Below are positions 17,563-25,967 of a DNA stretch of 64,000 nucleotides, piece by piece; within the stretch, counting starts at the first letter, position 1, and each line of letters starts with the position of its first letter. The stretch is from Casimicrobiaceae bacterium. Lineage in GTDB: Bacteria > Pseudomonadota > Gammaproteobacteria > Burkholderiales > Casimicrobiaceae. A model generated the notes under the pieces. The model did not search any database. It saw only the letters and a program-made list of their open reading frames with translations, and had not been told where the DNA came from. The DNA is taken from NCBI GenBank assembly GCA_036506975.1, contig DASXQW010000384.1, positions 125-64,124 on the forward strand, written 5' to 3'. Position numbers and translations under genes: made by a program.

Positions 17563-17648
17563 CCGGGTGCAAGGCGTCCCGCAGCGAGCCGCGAGACAGT
17601 ACAGAGACGTACGGCGAGCGGCGAGCGAGGAAACAACGCCGCACCCGG
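17563..17648. repeat. Long-range inverted repeat in the ahpC-ahpD spacer
   Basis: CCGGGTGC ... GCACCCGG encloses GCGAGC-type short tandem units and the GTAC-N6-GTAC element (GTACAGAGACGTAC). The spacer of about 164 nt is unusually long. Confidence 0.45.
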
Positions 17649-17662
17649 CACGCGCAGTAGCT

Positions 17663-18211
17663 TTACAAGGTGCCGCCGCCGACTGTCCGGTTGCAGGGGC
17701 ATAGCTCGTCGGTTTGCAGTCCATCGAGCACGCGCAGCACTTCCTCGGGGCTGCGGCCGACATTGAGGTTGTTGACCGAGACGTGCTGGATCACGTTGTC
17801 GGGGTCGACGATGAACGTCGCGCGCAACGCTACGCCTTCCTTCGGATCTCGCACCCCGAGTTGATCGACCAGCGATCCGGTCACGTCGGCGAACTGCCAT
17901 TGGTTAAGGCTCTTCAGCTCCGCGTGATCGCGGCGCCACCCAAGCTTGGAGAACTCGTTGTCGGTCGAACCGCCGAGCACGACCGCATCGCGATCCTCGA
18001 AGTCCTTGGCGAGCTTGGCGAAGCCGACGATCTCGGTCGGGCAGACGAAAGTGAAGTCCTTGGGATAGAAGTAGATGACCTTCCATTTGCCCGGAAAGGA
18101 CCTTTCGTCGATCGGCGCGAAGGCCGATTCGCCGTTTTCCTCGTGGCGGTTGAAGCCGGGTTTCACACCGACGACGTTGAACGACTCAAGTTTCTGACCC
18201 ACGGTTTTCAT
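17663..18211 (-). CDS. ahpC: Peroxiredoxin AhpC (AhpD-dependent type)
   Basis: 182 aa with peroxidatic Cys motif DFTFVCPTE. Confidence 0.9.
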   Translation of the reverse strand: MKTVGQKLESFNVVGVKPGFNRHEENGESAFAPIDERSFPGKWKVIYFYPKDFTFVCPTEIVGFAKLAKDFEDRDAVVLGGSTDNEFSKLGWRRDHAELKSLNQWQFADVTGSLVDQLGVRDPKEGVALRATFIVDPDNVIQHVSVNNLNVGRSPEEVLRVLDGLQTDELCPCNRTVGGGTL

Positions 18212-18269
18212 GCGTTGCTCCTATCGTGGGCGGTGCCTGCGAAGGCGCCGCCGGTTGTCCAGGTTCTGG

Positions 18270-18360
18270 TAATGAGAACGATTCGTATATTATGGCGTTG
18301 CTAATGATAATTCAATTTGTTTATTATGATGACCTCATTAAGCATTCTTTATGAGCTTGC
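18270..18360. promoter_or_regulatory. AT-rich divergent promoter/operator region between ahpC and ald
   Basis: The stretch GTAATGAGAACGATTCGTATATTATGGCGTTGCTAATGATAATTCAATTTGTTTATTATGATGACCTCATTAAGCATTCTTTATGAG stands out against the GC-rich background. Confidence 0.5.
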
Positions 18361-18421
18361 TGCGGGCGCTAGTTAAACGCGCGACTTCGCGTTACCTTGT
18401 GGTGCAGCGGAGGAGAGCGAC

Positions 18422-19534
18422 ATGCGCGTCGGTGTGCCGAAGGAAGTCAAGGTATTGGAGAACCGGGTCGGATTGACGCCTGGAAGCGTGCGCGAAGCCG
18501 CTCATCTCGGCCACGAAGTGATCGTCGAGCACAATGCCGGGCAAGGCATCGGGATGGACGATGAGGCGTACCGCCGCGCGGGCGGCAGGGTCGTCGACAC
18601 CGCAGCGGAGGTATTCGCCGCCGCCGACATGATCGTCAAGGTCAAGGAGCCGCAGGCGAGCGAACGCAAGATGTTGCGCCAGGGCCAGGTGCTGTTCACA
18701 TACCTGCATCTGGCGCCCGATCCCGAACAGGCGAAGGACCTGATCGCCAACGGTGCGGTATGCATCGCGTACGAAACGGTGACCTCGCCGTCGGGCGGCC
18801 TACCGCTGCTCGCGCCGATGTCGGAGGTCGCCGGTCGCATGGCGGTCCAGGCAGGCGCGTACTACTTGGAAAAGCCGCACGGCGGGATCGGCATACTGCT
18901 CGGCGGCGTGCCGGGCGTCGATCCAGCTAAGGTGGTTATTCTCGGCGGCGGGGTGGTCGGCTCGCACGCCTGCCACATCGCGCTCGGCATGGGCGCCGAT
19001 GTGTGGGTCCTGGACCGCAGCGTCGACGTGCTGCGGGCGCTGTGGCGGCAGTTCGGCCGGCCGCTGAACACGGTCTATTCGACGCGCGACGCCGTGGAGC
19101 AGCACGTGACGACTGCCGATCTCGTCATTGGCGGCGTGCTCATCCCCGGGGCTTCGGCGCCAAAACTCGTCTCGCGCGAGCTGATCGCGCGGATGAAACC
19201 GGGCGCAGTTGTCGTCGACGTGGCGATCGATCAGGGCGGTTGTTTCGAAACGTCGCGACCCACGACGCATGCCGATCCGGTGTACGTCGTCGACGGCGTG
19301 ACGCATTACTGCGTGGCCAACATGCCGGGCGGCGTGCCGCGCACGTCGACGTTCGCGCTCAATAACGCCACGTTGCCGTTCGTGCTCGCGCTGGCGAACA
19401 AGGGCTGGCAGAAAGCGCTCGCCGACGACCGTCACCTCAAGAACGGCCTCAACGTCGCCTTCGGCAAGGTGACGTGCAAACCGGTGGCCGAGGCGCTGGG
19501 CTACAAATACGTCCCGCCGGAAGCGGTCATGTAG
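18422..19534 (+). CDS. ald: L-alanine dehydrogenase
   Basis: 370 aa. [20 protein letters not shown], Rossmann motif [31 protein letters not shown]. Classic Ald sequence. Confidence 0.95.
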   Translation: MRVGVPKEVKVLENRVGLTPGSVREAAHLGHEVIVEHNAGQGIGMDDEAYRRAGGRVVDTAAEVFAAADMIVKVKEPQASERKMLRQGQVLFTYLHLAPDPEQAKDLIANGAVCIAYETVTSPSGGLPLLAPMSEVAGRMAVQAGAYYLEKPHGGIGILLGGVPGVDPAKVVILGGGVVGSHACHIALGMGADVWVLDRSVDVLRALWRQFGRPLNTVYSTRDAVEQHVTTADLVIGGVLIPGASAPKLVSRELIARMKPGAVVVDVAIDQGGCFETSRPTTHADPVYVVDGVTHYCVANMPGGVPRTSTFALNNATLPFVLALANKGWQKALADDRHLKNGLNVAFGKVTCKPVAEALGYKYVPPEAVM

Positions 19535-19653
19535 CCCGGGTTGAGCGCCCTTCGACTTCGCTCTGGGCAGGCTTCGCGATACCTGGAGCGGCATCGCAGC
19601 GGAGCGTGCCCCCGGGCATCCCCTGGATCAAGTCCGGGATCAGCCCGGGCTAC
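19531..19653. repeat. MITE-like repeat, copy A (123 bp) with 14-bp terminal inverted repeats
   Basis: GTAGCCCGGGTTGA...TCAGCCCGGGCTAC. The ends are near-identical to copy B. The left TIR contains the ald TAG stop. Confidence 0.8.
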
Positions 19654-19755
19654 ACTGGCGACGCTGGCACTAACTGCGACCGTAGGCTGGCACCAGCCCG
19701 AGCCGCGACGCGCGGCGACAATGCAATCTGCAGCGGATCTTTGCGAGGAATCGAT

Positions 19756-21558
19756 ATGAACACCATGACTGAAACCAGGAATCTCGCGGTCGCCGGCAGG
19801 CAAAAGATGACGCCCTCGGAAGCGTTCGTCGAAACGCTCGTCGCGCAGCGCGTGACGGACGTATTCGGGATCGTGGGCTCCGCGTACATGGATGCGCTCG
19901 ATCTCTTTCCGCTGGCGGGAATACGCTTCATCTCGGTGGCGCACGAGCAGGGCGCGGGGCACATGGCCGACGGCTACGCCCGGGTGTCGGGCCGCCACGG
20001 CGTATGCATCGCGCAGAACGGGCCGGGCGTCACGAACTTCGTCACCTCGACCGCGGCGGCGTACTGGGCGCACTCGCCGGTGGTCGTCGTAACACCGGAG
20101 ACCGGGTCGACGACGCTCGGCCTGGGCGGATTCCAGGAGACCGAACAGCTGCCAATCTTCTCGAAGATCACCAAGTATCAGGCGCACGTGAACAACCGCG
20201 CGCGGATGGCCGAGCTGACGGCACGTGCCTTCGATCGCGCGCGGCTCGAGCTGGGGCCCACACAGCTCAACATCCCGCGCGACTTCTTCTACGGCGATAT
20301 CGAGTGCGAGATTCCGCGTCCGGTCGCCATCGAGCGCGGCGCTGGCGGAGAGCAGGCATTGAACGCGGCGGCCGAGCTTCTCGCCACAGCGCAGTTTCCC
20401 GTGATCCTCTGCGGCGGCGGCGTGATCATGGCCGATGCGCTGGCCGAAGCGATCCGCCTTGCCGAATTGCTGCAGGCACCCGTTTGCAATTCGTATCTGC
20501 ACAACGACTCGTTCCCGGCGGGGCACGCCCTGTGGTGCGGCCCGCTCGGCTATCAAGGCTCCAAGGCGGCGATGAAGCTGATCGCAAAGGCCGACGTCGT
20601 GCTCGCGCTGGGCACGCGGCTGGGTCCGTTCGGTACGCTGCCGCAACACGGCCTCGACTACTGGCCGAAGGATGCGCAAATCGTTCAAATCGACGCCGAC
20701 GCAAAGATGCTGGGCCTGGTCAAGCCGGTTTCGGTGGGCATCTGCGGCGATGCGAGGGCCGCGACGCTGGCGTTGATCGCGCGGCTGAGCGGCAGAACCC
20801 TCGCGTGCCAGGCGAACCGGGACACCCGCCTCGACGCGATCAGATGCGAGAAAGCCACGTGGGAGGCCGAGCTCGACGGCTGGTCGCACGAGACGGATGC
20901 GTGGTCGGTCGAAGTCGCGAAAGACTCGAGCCATATGCATCCGCGCCAGATGCTGCGCGAGCTCGAGCGCGCGATGCCCGATAACGCCATGGTATCGACC
21001 GACATCGGTAACATCTGCTCGGTCGCGAATTCGTATCTCCGCTTCGAGCGCCCGCGCTCGATGCTCGCGGCGATGAGCTTCGGCAACTGCGGCTACGCGT
21101 TTCCGACCATCGTCGGTGCCAAGGTGGCCGCGCCCGAGCGGCCGGCGATCGCCTACGTCGGCGACGGCGCGTGGGGCATGAGCTTCGGCGAGTTGCAGAC
21201 CTGTGTCCGCGAAGGCATTCCGGTCACCGCCGTCGTCTTCAACAACGGCCAATGGGGCGCGGAAAAGAAGAACCACGTCGATTTCTACGCCAAGCGCTTC
21301 GTCGGCGTGAATCTCGACAAGCAGCCGTCCTGGGCTGCCGTGGCGAAGGCGATGGGGGCGGACGGTCAGCGCGTCGACGCCCTGTCGGACGTCGGGCCGG
21401 CGTTGCGTGCTGCGGCCAAGGCACAGGGCGAGGGCAGGACGACGGTGTTGGAGATGATGGTCACGCGCGAGCTCGGCGACCCGTTCCGCCGCGACGCGCT
21501 GGCACTGCCGACACGGCATCTCGCGAAGTACAAGTCGACCGCGGCGCAGGCGGCGTAG
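19756..21558 (+). CDS. xsc: Sulfoacetaldehyde acetyltransferase (ThDP-dependent)
   Basis: The real start is MNTMTETRN (600 aa) within the 694-aa track ORF. N-terminus MTPSEAFVETLVAQRVTDVFGIVGSAYM..., QNGPGVTNF, ThDP motif GDGAWGMSFGELQ...VVFNNGQWG. Close to remembered Xsc sequences. Confidence 0.9.
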   Translation: MNTMTETRNLAVAGRQKMTPSEAFVETLVAQRVTDVFGIVGSAYMDALDLFPLAGIRFISVAHEQGAGHMADGYARVSGRHGVCIAQNGPGVTNFVTSTAAAYWAHSPVVVVTPETGSTTLGLGGFQETEQLPIFSKITKYQAHVNNRARMAELTARAFDRARLELGPTQLNIPRDFFYGDIECEIPRPVAIERGAGGEQALNAAAELLATAQFPVILCGGGVIMADALAEAIRLAELLQAPVCNSYLHNDSFPAGHALWCGPLGYQGSKAAMKLIAKADVVLALGTRLGPFGTLPQHGLDYWPKDAQIVQIDADAKMLGLVKPVSVGICGDARAATLALIARLSGRTLACQANRDTRLDAIRCEKATWEAELDGWSHETDAWSVEVAKDSSHMHPRQMLRELERAMPDNAMVSTDIGNICSVANSYLRFERPRSMLAAMSFGNCGYAFPTIVGAKVAAPERPAIAYVGDGAWGMSFGELQTCVREGIPVTAVVFNNGQWGAEKKNHVDFYAKRFVGVNLDKQPSWAAVAKAMGADGQRVDALSDVGPALRAAAKAQGEGRTTVLEMMVTRELGDPFRRDALALPTRHLAKYKSTAAQAA

Positions 21559-21678
21559 CCCGGGCCGAGCGCCCTTCGACTTCGCTCAGGACGGGCTTCG
21601 CGCGATGCCCGGGGCGACATCGCAATGAAACGCAGCCCGGGCATCCCCCGGATCAAATTCGGGGTCAGCCCGGGCTAC
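21555..21678. repeat. MITE-like repeat, copy B (124 bp)
   Basis: GTAGCCCGGGCCGA...TCAGCCCGGGCTAC. The left TIR contains the xsc TAG stop. The centre has diverged from copy A. Confidence 0.8.
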
Positions 21679-21680
21679 AC

Positions 21681-21710
21681 CAGAACACGTGGCATGGCAC
21701 AATTGTTCTG
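21681..21710. promoter_or_regulatory. Inverted repeat CAGAACA-N16-TGTTCTG upstream of the sauS-like operon
   Basis: Read directly from the sequence. It sits between repeat copy B and the sauS-like gene. Candidate operator; the regulator is unknown. Confidence 0.3.
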
Positions 21711-21828
21711 CTCCGCTCCGAAATCAACGAGAGACGTTCGATGACCCGCGCCCGCGCCACCGTTTTCTTGTTTCTCTCGGCGCTCCTGTGCGCAAGTCCG
21801 GCGCTCGCGAAGATCAAGGCTGAATGAC

Positions 21829-23289
21829 ATGGGCGGCAAGGACCGGCTACCGGTGACCGGCGATGCGGCGGCGACCATCGCCGCGCTCGTTGCCCGCGCG
21901 CGCGCCGCGCAGGCGACGGTCGACGCCGCGACGCAGGACGAGGTCGACGAGATCGTCACCGCAGCGGGCTGGGCAATCGTCGATCCGGAGCACAACCGCG
22001 CGCTCGCCGAGCTTGCGGTGACGGACACGGGGCTCGGCAACGTCAAAGACAAGATGGCGAAGAACCGCCGCAAGACGATGGGCCTCTTGCGCGACCTCGC
22101 GGGCGTCAAGTCAGTGGGCGTCATCGCGGAACTGCCTGAGAAAGGTCTCGTCGAGATCGCCCGGCCCGTCGGCGTCGTCGCGGCGATCACGCCTTCGACG
22201 AACCCCGCAGCCACTCCGGCCAACAACATCATCAACGCGCTGAAAGGTCGGAACGCGATCATCGTCGCGCCCTCGCCCAAAGGGGCGTCGACGCTGTCGC
22301 TGCTGCTCGCGTACATCCATGCCGAGCTCGACCGCGTCGGTGCGCCGCTCGATCTCGTGCAGCAGGTACCCTCGCCGGTGACGCGCGAGATGACCGCGGA
22401 GCTGATGCGCCAGGCCGACCTGGTCGTCGCCACGGGCTCGCAGACCAACGTGCGCGCGGCTTACGCGAGCGGCACGCCGGCGATCGGTGTGGGCGCCGGG
22501 AACGTCGCGGTCATCGTCGACGAGACCGCCGACCTCGCGGATGCGGCGGACAAGATCGCGCGCTCCAAGACTTTCGACAACGCGACCAGCTGCTCGTCGG
22601 AGAACAGCGTTATCGCCGTCGAAGAGATCGCGGATGCCCTGCTTGCCGCGCTCTCTGCCACAGGCGGTGTCGTGCTCGACGAAGGCGAAGCGCGTCAGCT
22701 CGAGCGCGCGATGTTCGCCGCCGGCCGGCCCGGGTCGACGTTCGTTGCCCAGGACGCACCGGCGATCGCTCTGCGCGCCGGGCTTGCGCGCCCCGCGCTG
22801 CTGGACGCGCGTTTCCTGATCGTTGCCGAGACCGGGGTCGGCGAGGCGCATCCTTTTTCGGGCGAGAAGCTCTCGCCCGTGCTCACGTTCTACCGCGCCG
22901 CCGACTTTGCCGCCGCTACGGCGTTGGCGGAGCGGCTGCTGCGCTATCAGGGAGCCGGTCATTCCATCGGGCTGCATACGCGCGATGAAAAGCGCGCGCT
23001 CGCACTGGGACTCACGCTGCCGGTATGCCGCGTGATCGTCAATCAGGCGCACTGCTTCGCGACGGGAGGCTCGTTCGACAACGCGTTGCCGTTCTCGCTG
23101 TCGATGGGCTGCGGAACCTGGGGCCGCAACAGCATCTCGGACAACCTGAATTACCGGCACTTCCTCAACATCACGCGGGTCGTGCGGCCGCTCGCGCCCG
23201 AGCTCGTGAGCGAACCGACCGAGGAAGCCCTGTTCGGCACCTATCTGCGCAAGTACGCACGCAAATCCGGGCGCCGCTCCGGCGCTTAA
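21829..23289 (+). CDS. sauS: CoA-acylating aldehyde dehydrogenase, sulfoacetaldehyde dehydrogenase (acylating) candidate
   Basis: 486 aa, SucD/PduP/EutE-like (VVAAITPSTNPAATPANNIINALKGRNAII). Catalytic Cys in FDNATSCSSENSV. Position is directly after xsc and before an AMP-forming ligase. Confidence 0.7.
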   Translation: MGGKDRLPVTGDAAATIAALVARARAAQATVDAATQDEVDEIVTAAGWAIVDPEHNRALAELAVTDTGLGNVKDKMAKNRRKTMGLLRDLAGVKSVGVIAELPEKGLVEIARPVGVVAAITPSTNPAATPANNIINALKGRNAIIVAPSPKGASTLSLLLAYIHAELDRVGAPLDLVQQVPSPVTREMTAELMRQADLVVATGSQTNVRAAYASGTPAIGVGAGNVAVIVDETADLADAADKIARSKTFDNATSCSSENSVIAVEEIADALLAALSATGGVVLDEGEARQLERAMFAAGRPGSTFVAQDAPAIALRAGLARPALLDARFLIVAETGVGEAHPFSGEKLSPVLTFYRAADFAAATALAERLLRYQGAGHSIGLHTRDEKRALALGLTLPVCRVIVNQAHCFATGGSFDNALPFSLSMGCGTWGRNSISDNLNYRHFLNITRVVRPLAPELVSEPTEEALFGTYLRKYARKSGRRSGA

Positions 23290-23305
23290 AGCAGCGCGAG
23301 GCACG

Positions 23306-24826
23306 ATGCGTACGTTCCGCGATGCGATCGACGCGCACGCCGTCGCGCGCCCCGACGCGCCTTGCGTCATCGCCCCGGAGCCCGAAGCAGTCCTGACCTA
23401 CGGCGATCTCGCGCGAATCGGCGCAGAGCTCGGCGCCTTCCTGGCGCAGCAGGGGATCGCGCCGGGAACGGTCGTATCGTTCATGCTGCCCAACGGCGTG
23501 GCGGCCGCGAGCATTTTCCTGGGCGCAATGTATGCGGGTTACATCATCTCGCCGGTCAACCTGCTCGCGCAGGACACGCAGCTCGAATATACGCTTGCGC
23601 ACTCGGGCACGCGGCTCATCTTCGCCGCGCCGGAATTTGTCGACCGGTTACGCGCGCTGCTTCGCCGCACGAACCATCCGGCGCTCGTGCACGCGACCGG
23701 CGCCGACCGCCTGGAGCTGTCGGAGGAGCCGGCGGCGCCGCTCGCCGCAGTCGATCCGCACACGCCGGCGATGCTCATGTACACCTCAGGCACGACCGGA
23801 GAGCCGAAGGGCGTACTGCTGTCGCACTGGAACCTGATCTACGCCGGGCGCGTCGTCGCCGAAGCGCTGGCGCTGCGCGCGGAAGATCGCGTGCTTTCTT
23901 CCTTGCCGCTTTATCACATCAACGGCCAAAGCATCGCGACGGTCAGCCCCGTCGTGTCGGGCGGCAGCATCGTGATGCCGCACCGGTTCAGCGCGTCGCA
24001 GTGGTGGCCGCTGGTCGAGCGTTATCGTCCGACCTGGCTCAACATGGTGCCGACGATCATCGCCTATCTCCTCAACGGCCCGGAGCTCACGCCGTCGCAG
24101 GCCGGGGCGTGTCGTGCGCTTCGCTTCGGCCGGACGGCTTCCGCGCCGCTGCCGCTCGAGCAGCACCGCGCGTTCGAGGCGCGCTTTGGAATCTCGGTCA
24201 TCGAGGCGATGGGGCTGACCGAGACCGCCTCGATCGCGTTCGCCAATCCACTCGATCCCAAAAAGCGAAAATACGGCTCCGCCGGTGTGCCGTTGGGGGT
24301 GGAGGCGCGCGTTGTCGCCGCCGATGGCGCCGTGCTCGGCGCGGGCGAGCAGGGCGAGATCGAGCTCCGCGGTGAGGCCGTGATGACAGGCTATTACCGC
24401 AACGCGGAGCTCACCGCCCAGGTGCTCTCGCCCGACGGCTGGCTTGCCACGGGCGATCTCGGCTATCGGGACGGCGATGGTTTTTATTTCATCACCGGCA
24501 GGCGCAAGGAGCTGATCATCAAGGGCGGCGAGAATATTGCGCCGCGCGAGATCGACGAGGCGCTGCTCTCCCACCCGGCGGTACTCGAGGCCGCGGCGGT
24601 CGGCATTCCCGATTCGAATTACGGCCAGGACATCCTCGCCTGCATCGTCCTCAAACCGGGGGCATGTTGCGACGAAGCGGAATTGCGCGCGCATTGTCTG
24701 ACGCAACTCGGACGGTACAAGACGCCGCGTCTGCTCCGCTTCGTCGCCGCGCTGCCCAAGGGTCCCTCGGGCAAGGTGCAGCGCCTGAAGCTCGCCGCGC
24801 TGAGAGGAGAAGGCGATGACGAATGA
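23306..24826 (+). CDS. sauT: AMP-forming acyl-CoA ligase, sulfoacetate-CoA ligase candidate
   Basis: 506 aa. AMP-binding motif LMYTSGTTGEPKGVLLSH, GDLGYRDGDGFYFITGRRKELII, C-terminal PKGPSGKVQR. Confidence 0.65.
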   Translation: MRTFRDAIDAHAVARPDAPCVIAPEPEAVLTYGDLARIGAELGAFLAQQGIAPGTVVSFMLPNGVAAASIFLGAMYAGYIISPVNLLAQDTQLEYTLAHSGTRLIFAAPEFVDRLRALLRRTNHPALVHATGADRLELSEEPAAPLAAVDPHTPAMLMYTSGTTGEPKGVLLSHWNLIYAGRVVAEALALRAEDRVLSSLPLYHINGQSIATVSPVVSGGSIVMPHRFSASQWWPLVERYRPTWLNMVPTIIAYLLNGPELTPSQAGACRALRFGRTASAPLPLEQHRAFEARFGISVIEAMGLTETASIAFANPLDPKKRKYGSAGVPLGVEARVVAADGAVLGAGEQGEIELRGEAVMTGYYRNAELTAQVLSPDGWLATGDLGYRDGDGFYFITGRRKELIIKGGENIAPREIDEALLSHPAVLEAAAVGIPDSNYGQDILACIVLKPGACCDEAELRAHCLTQLGRYKTPRLLRFVAALPKGPSGKVQRLKLAALRGEGDDE

Positions 24827-25961
24827 AGACACCGAAAAGATCGAACTCCATCGCGGGCTCAAGGGGGTGTACTTCGATCGCTCGCGCGTCTGCTTCATCG
24901 AGGGGCGCAGGGGCGAACTGCTCTACCGCGGCTATTCGATTCACGATCTCGCCGAGCGCTCCACCTTCGAGGAGGCCTGCTATCTGCTGCTCAAGGGGGA
25001 ATTGCCGGAGCGGGCCCAGCTCGAGGCCTTCGAGGCCGAGTTGAAGTCGGCGCGCATGCTGCCCGCGGCGGTGTACGACATCATCGGCACGGTGCAGCGC
25101 GCGCACCCGATGGACGTGCTGCGCACGGCGGTGTCGGCGCTCGCCGCCTTCGACCCGGAGGTCGCGGACAAATCGCCGGAAGCGACTCTGCGCAAGGGGG
25201 TGCGGCTCACCTCGCAGGTGCCGATGATCGTCGCTGCGCACGAACACATCCGCAACGGCCGCGCGCCGGTGCCGCCCGAACCGAGTCTCGGGCACGCCGC
25301 CAATTTCCTCTACATGTTGAAGGGCAAGGCGCCGAGTGCCGACGCTGCACGGCTGATGGATACCGACATGATCCTGCACGCCGAGCACGGCTCGAACGCA
25401 TCGTCGTTCACTGCGCGCGTGGTAGCCGGCACCGAGGCCAACCTGCACGCCGCCGTCACTGCGGCGATCGCAGCGCTCTCCGGACCGGCTCACGGCGGCG
25501 CGGCCGAGAACGTAATGCGCATGGCGCAGGAGATCGGCGACGCCTCGAAGGCGGGCGATTACGTGCGGCGCAAGCGTGCCAACAAGGAGCCGGTGATGGG
25601 GTTCGGCCACCGCGTCTACCGCGCTGAGGATCCTCGCGCGCGTCACATGCGCGCCGGCGTGGAGCGGCTTTCCCATGAAATGGGCCAGCCGCAGTGGTAC
25701 CAGATTCTCGAGGCGCTGGTCGAGGCGATGAAACCCTACGCGCGCCACGGCGTTAACGTCAACGTGGATTTCTACGCCGGGGTGGTCTACTTTCTGAACG
25801 ACATCGCCGCGGACCTGTTCGTTCCGATCTTCGCCGTCGGCCGCGTGCCCGGCTGGACGGTGCAGGTGCTCGAGCAGATGGAGAACAACATTCTGATCCG
25901 TCCGCTCACGCTCTACAGCGGCCCCGGGCCCCGCGCCTACGTGCCGATCGAAAAGCGCTAG
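24816..25961 (+). CDS. Citrate synthase / 2-methylcitrate synthase family enzyme (short type)
   Basis: 381 aa. Catalytic-triad contexts are present (SGPAHGGAAE, GFGHRVYRAEDPR, NVDFYAG). The 11-nt overlap with sauT implies translational coupling. Confidence 0.85.
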   Translation: MTNEDTEKIELHRGLKGVYFDRSRVCFIEGRRGELLYRGYSIHDLAERSTFEEACYLLLKGELPERAQLEAFEAELKSARMLPAAVYDIIGTVQRAHPMDVLRTAVSALAAFDPEVADKSPEATLRKGVRLTSQVPMIVAAHEHIRNGRAPVPPEPSLGHAANFLYMLKGKAPSADAARLMDTDMILHAEHGSNASSFTARVVAGTEANLHAAVTAAIAALSGPAHGGAAENVMRMAQEIGDASKAGDYVRRKRANKEPVMGFGHRVYRAEDPRARHMRAGVERLSHEMGQPQWYQILEALVEAMKPYARHGVNVNVDFYAGVVYFLNDIAADLFVPIFAVGRVPGWTVQVLEQMENNILIRPLTLYSGPGPRAYVPIEKR

Positions 25962-25967
25962 GTCTGC

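Noticed and set aside
17581-17640. CRISPR-like or tandem repeat array, suggested by GCGAGC-type short repeats.
   Set aside because: The units are only 6-7 nt, irregular and few. No spacer/repeat periodicity and no cas genes occur anywhere in the window.
19654-19755. Sigma-54 promoters suggested by TGGCAC motifs upstream of xsc (CTGGCACTAACTGCGA, CTGGCACCAGCCCG) and upstream of the sauS-like gene (TGGCATGGCACAATTGTTCTGC at 21688-21712).
   Set aside because: The GG-to-GC spacing does not fit the -24/-12 consensus (TGGCAC-N5-TTGC) in any of the three cases.
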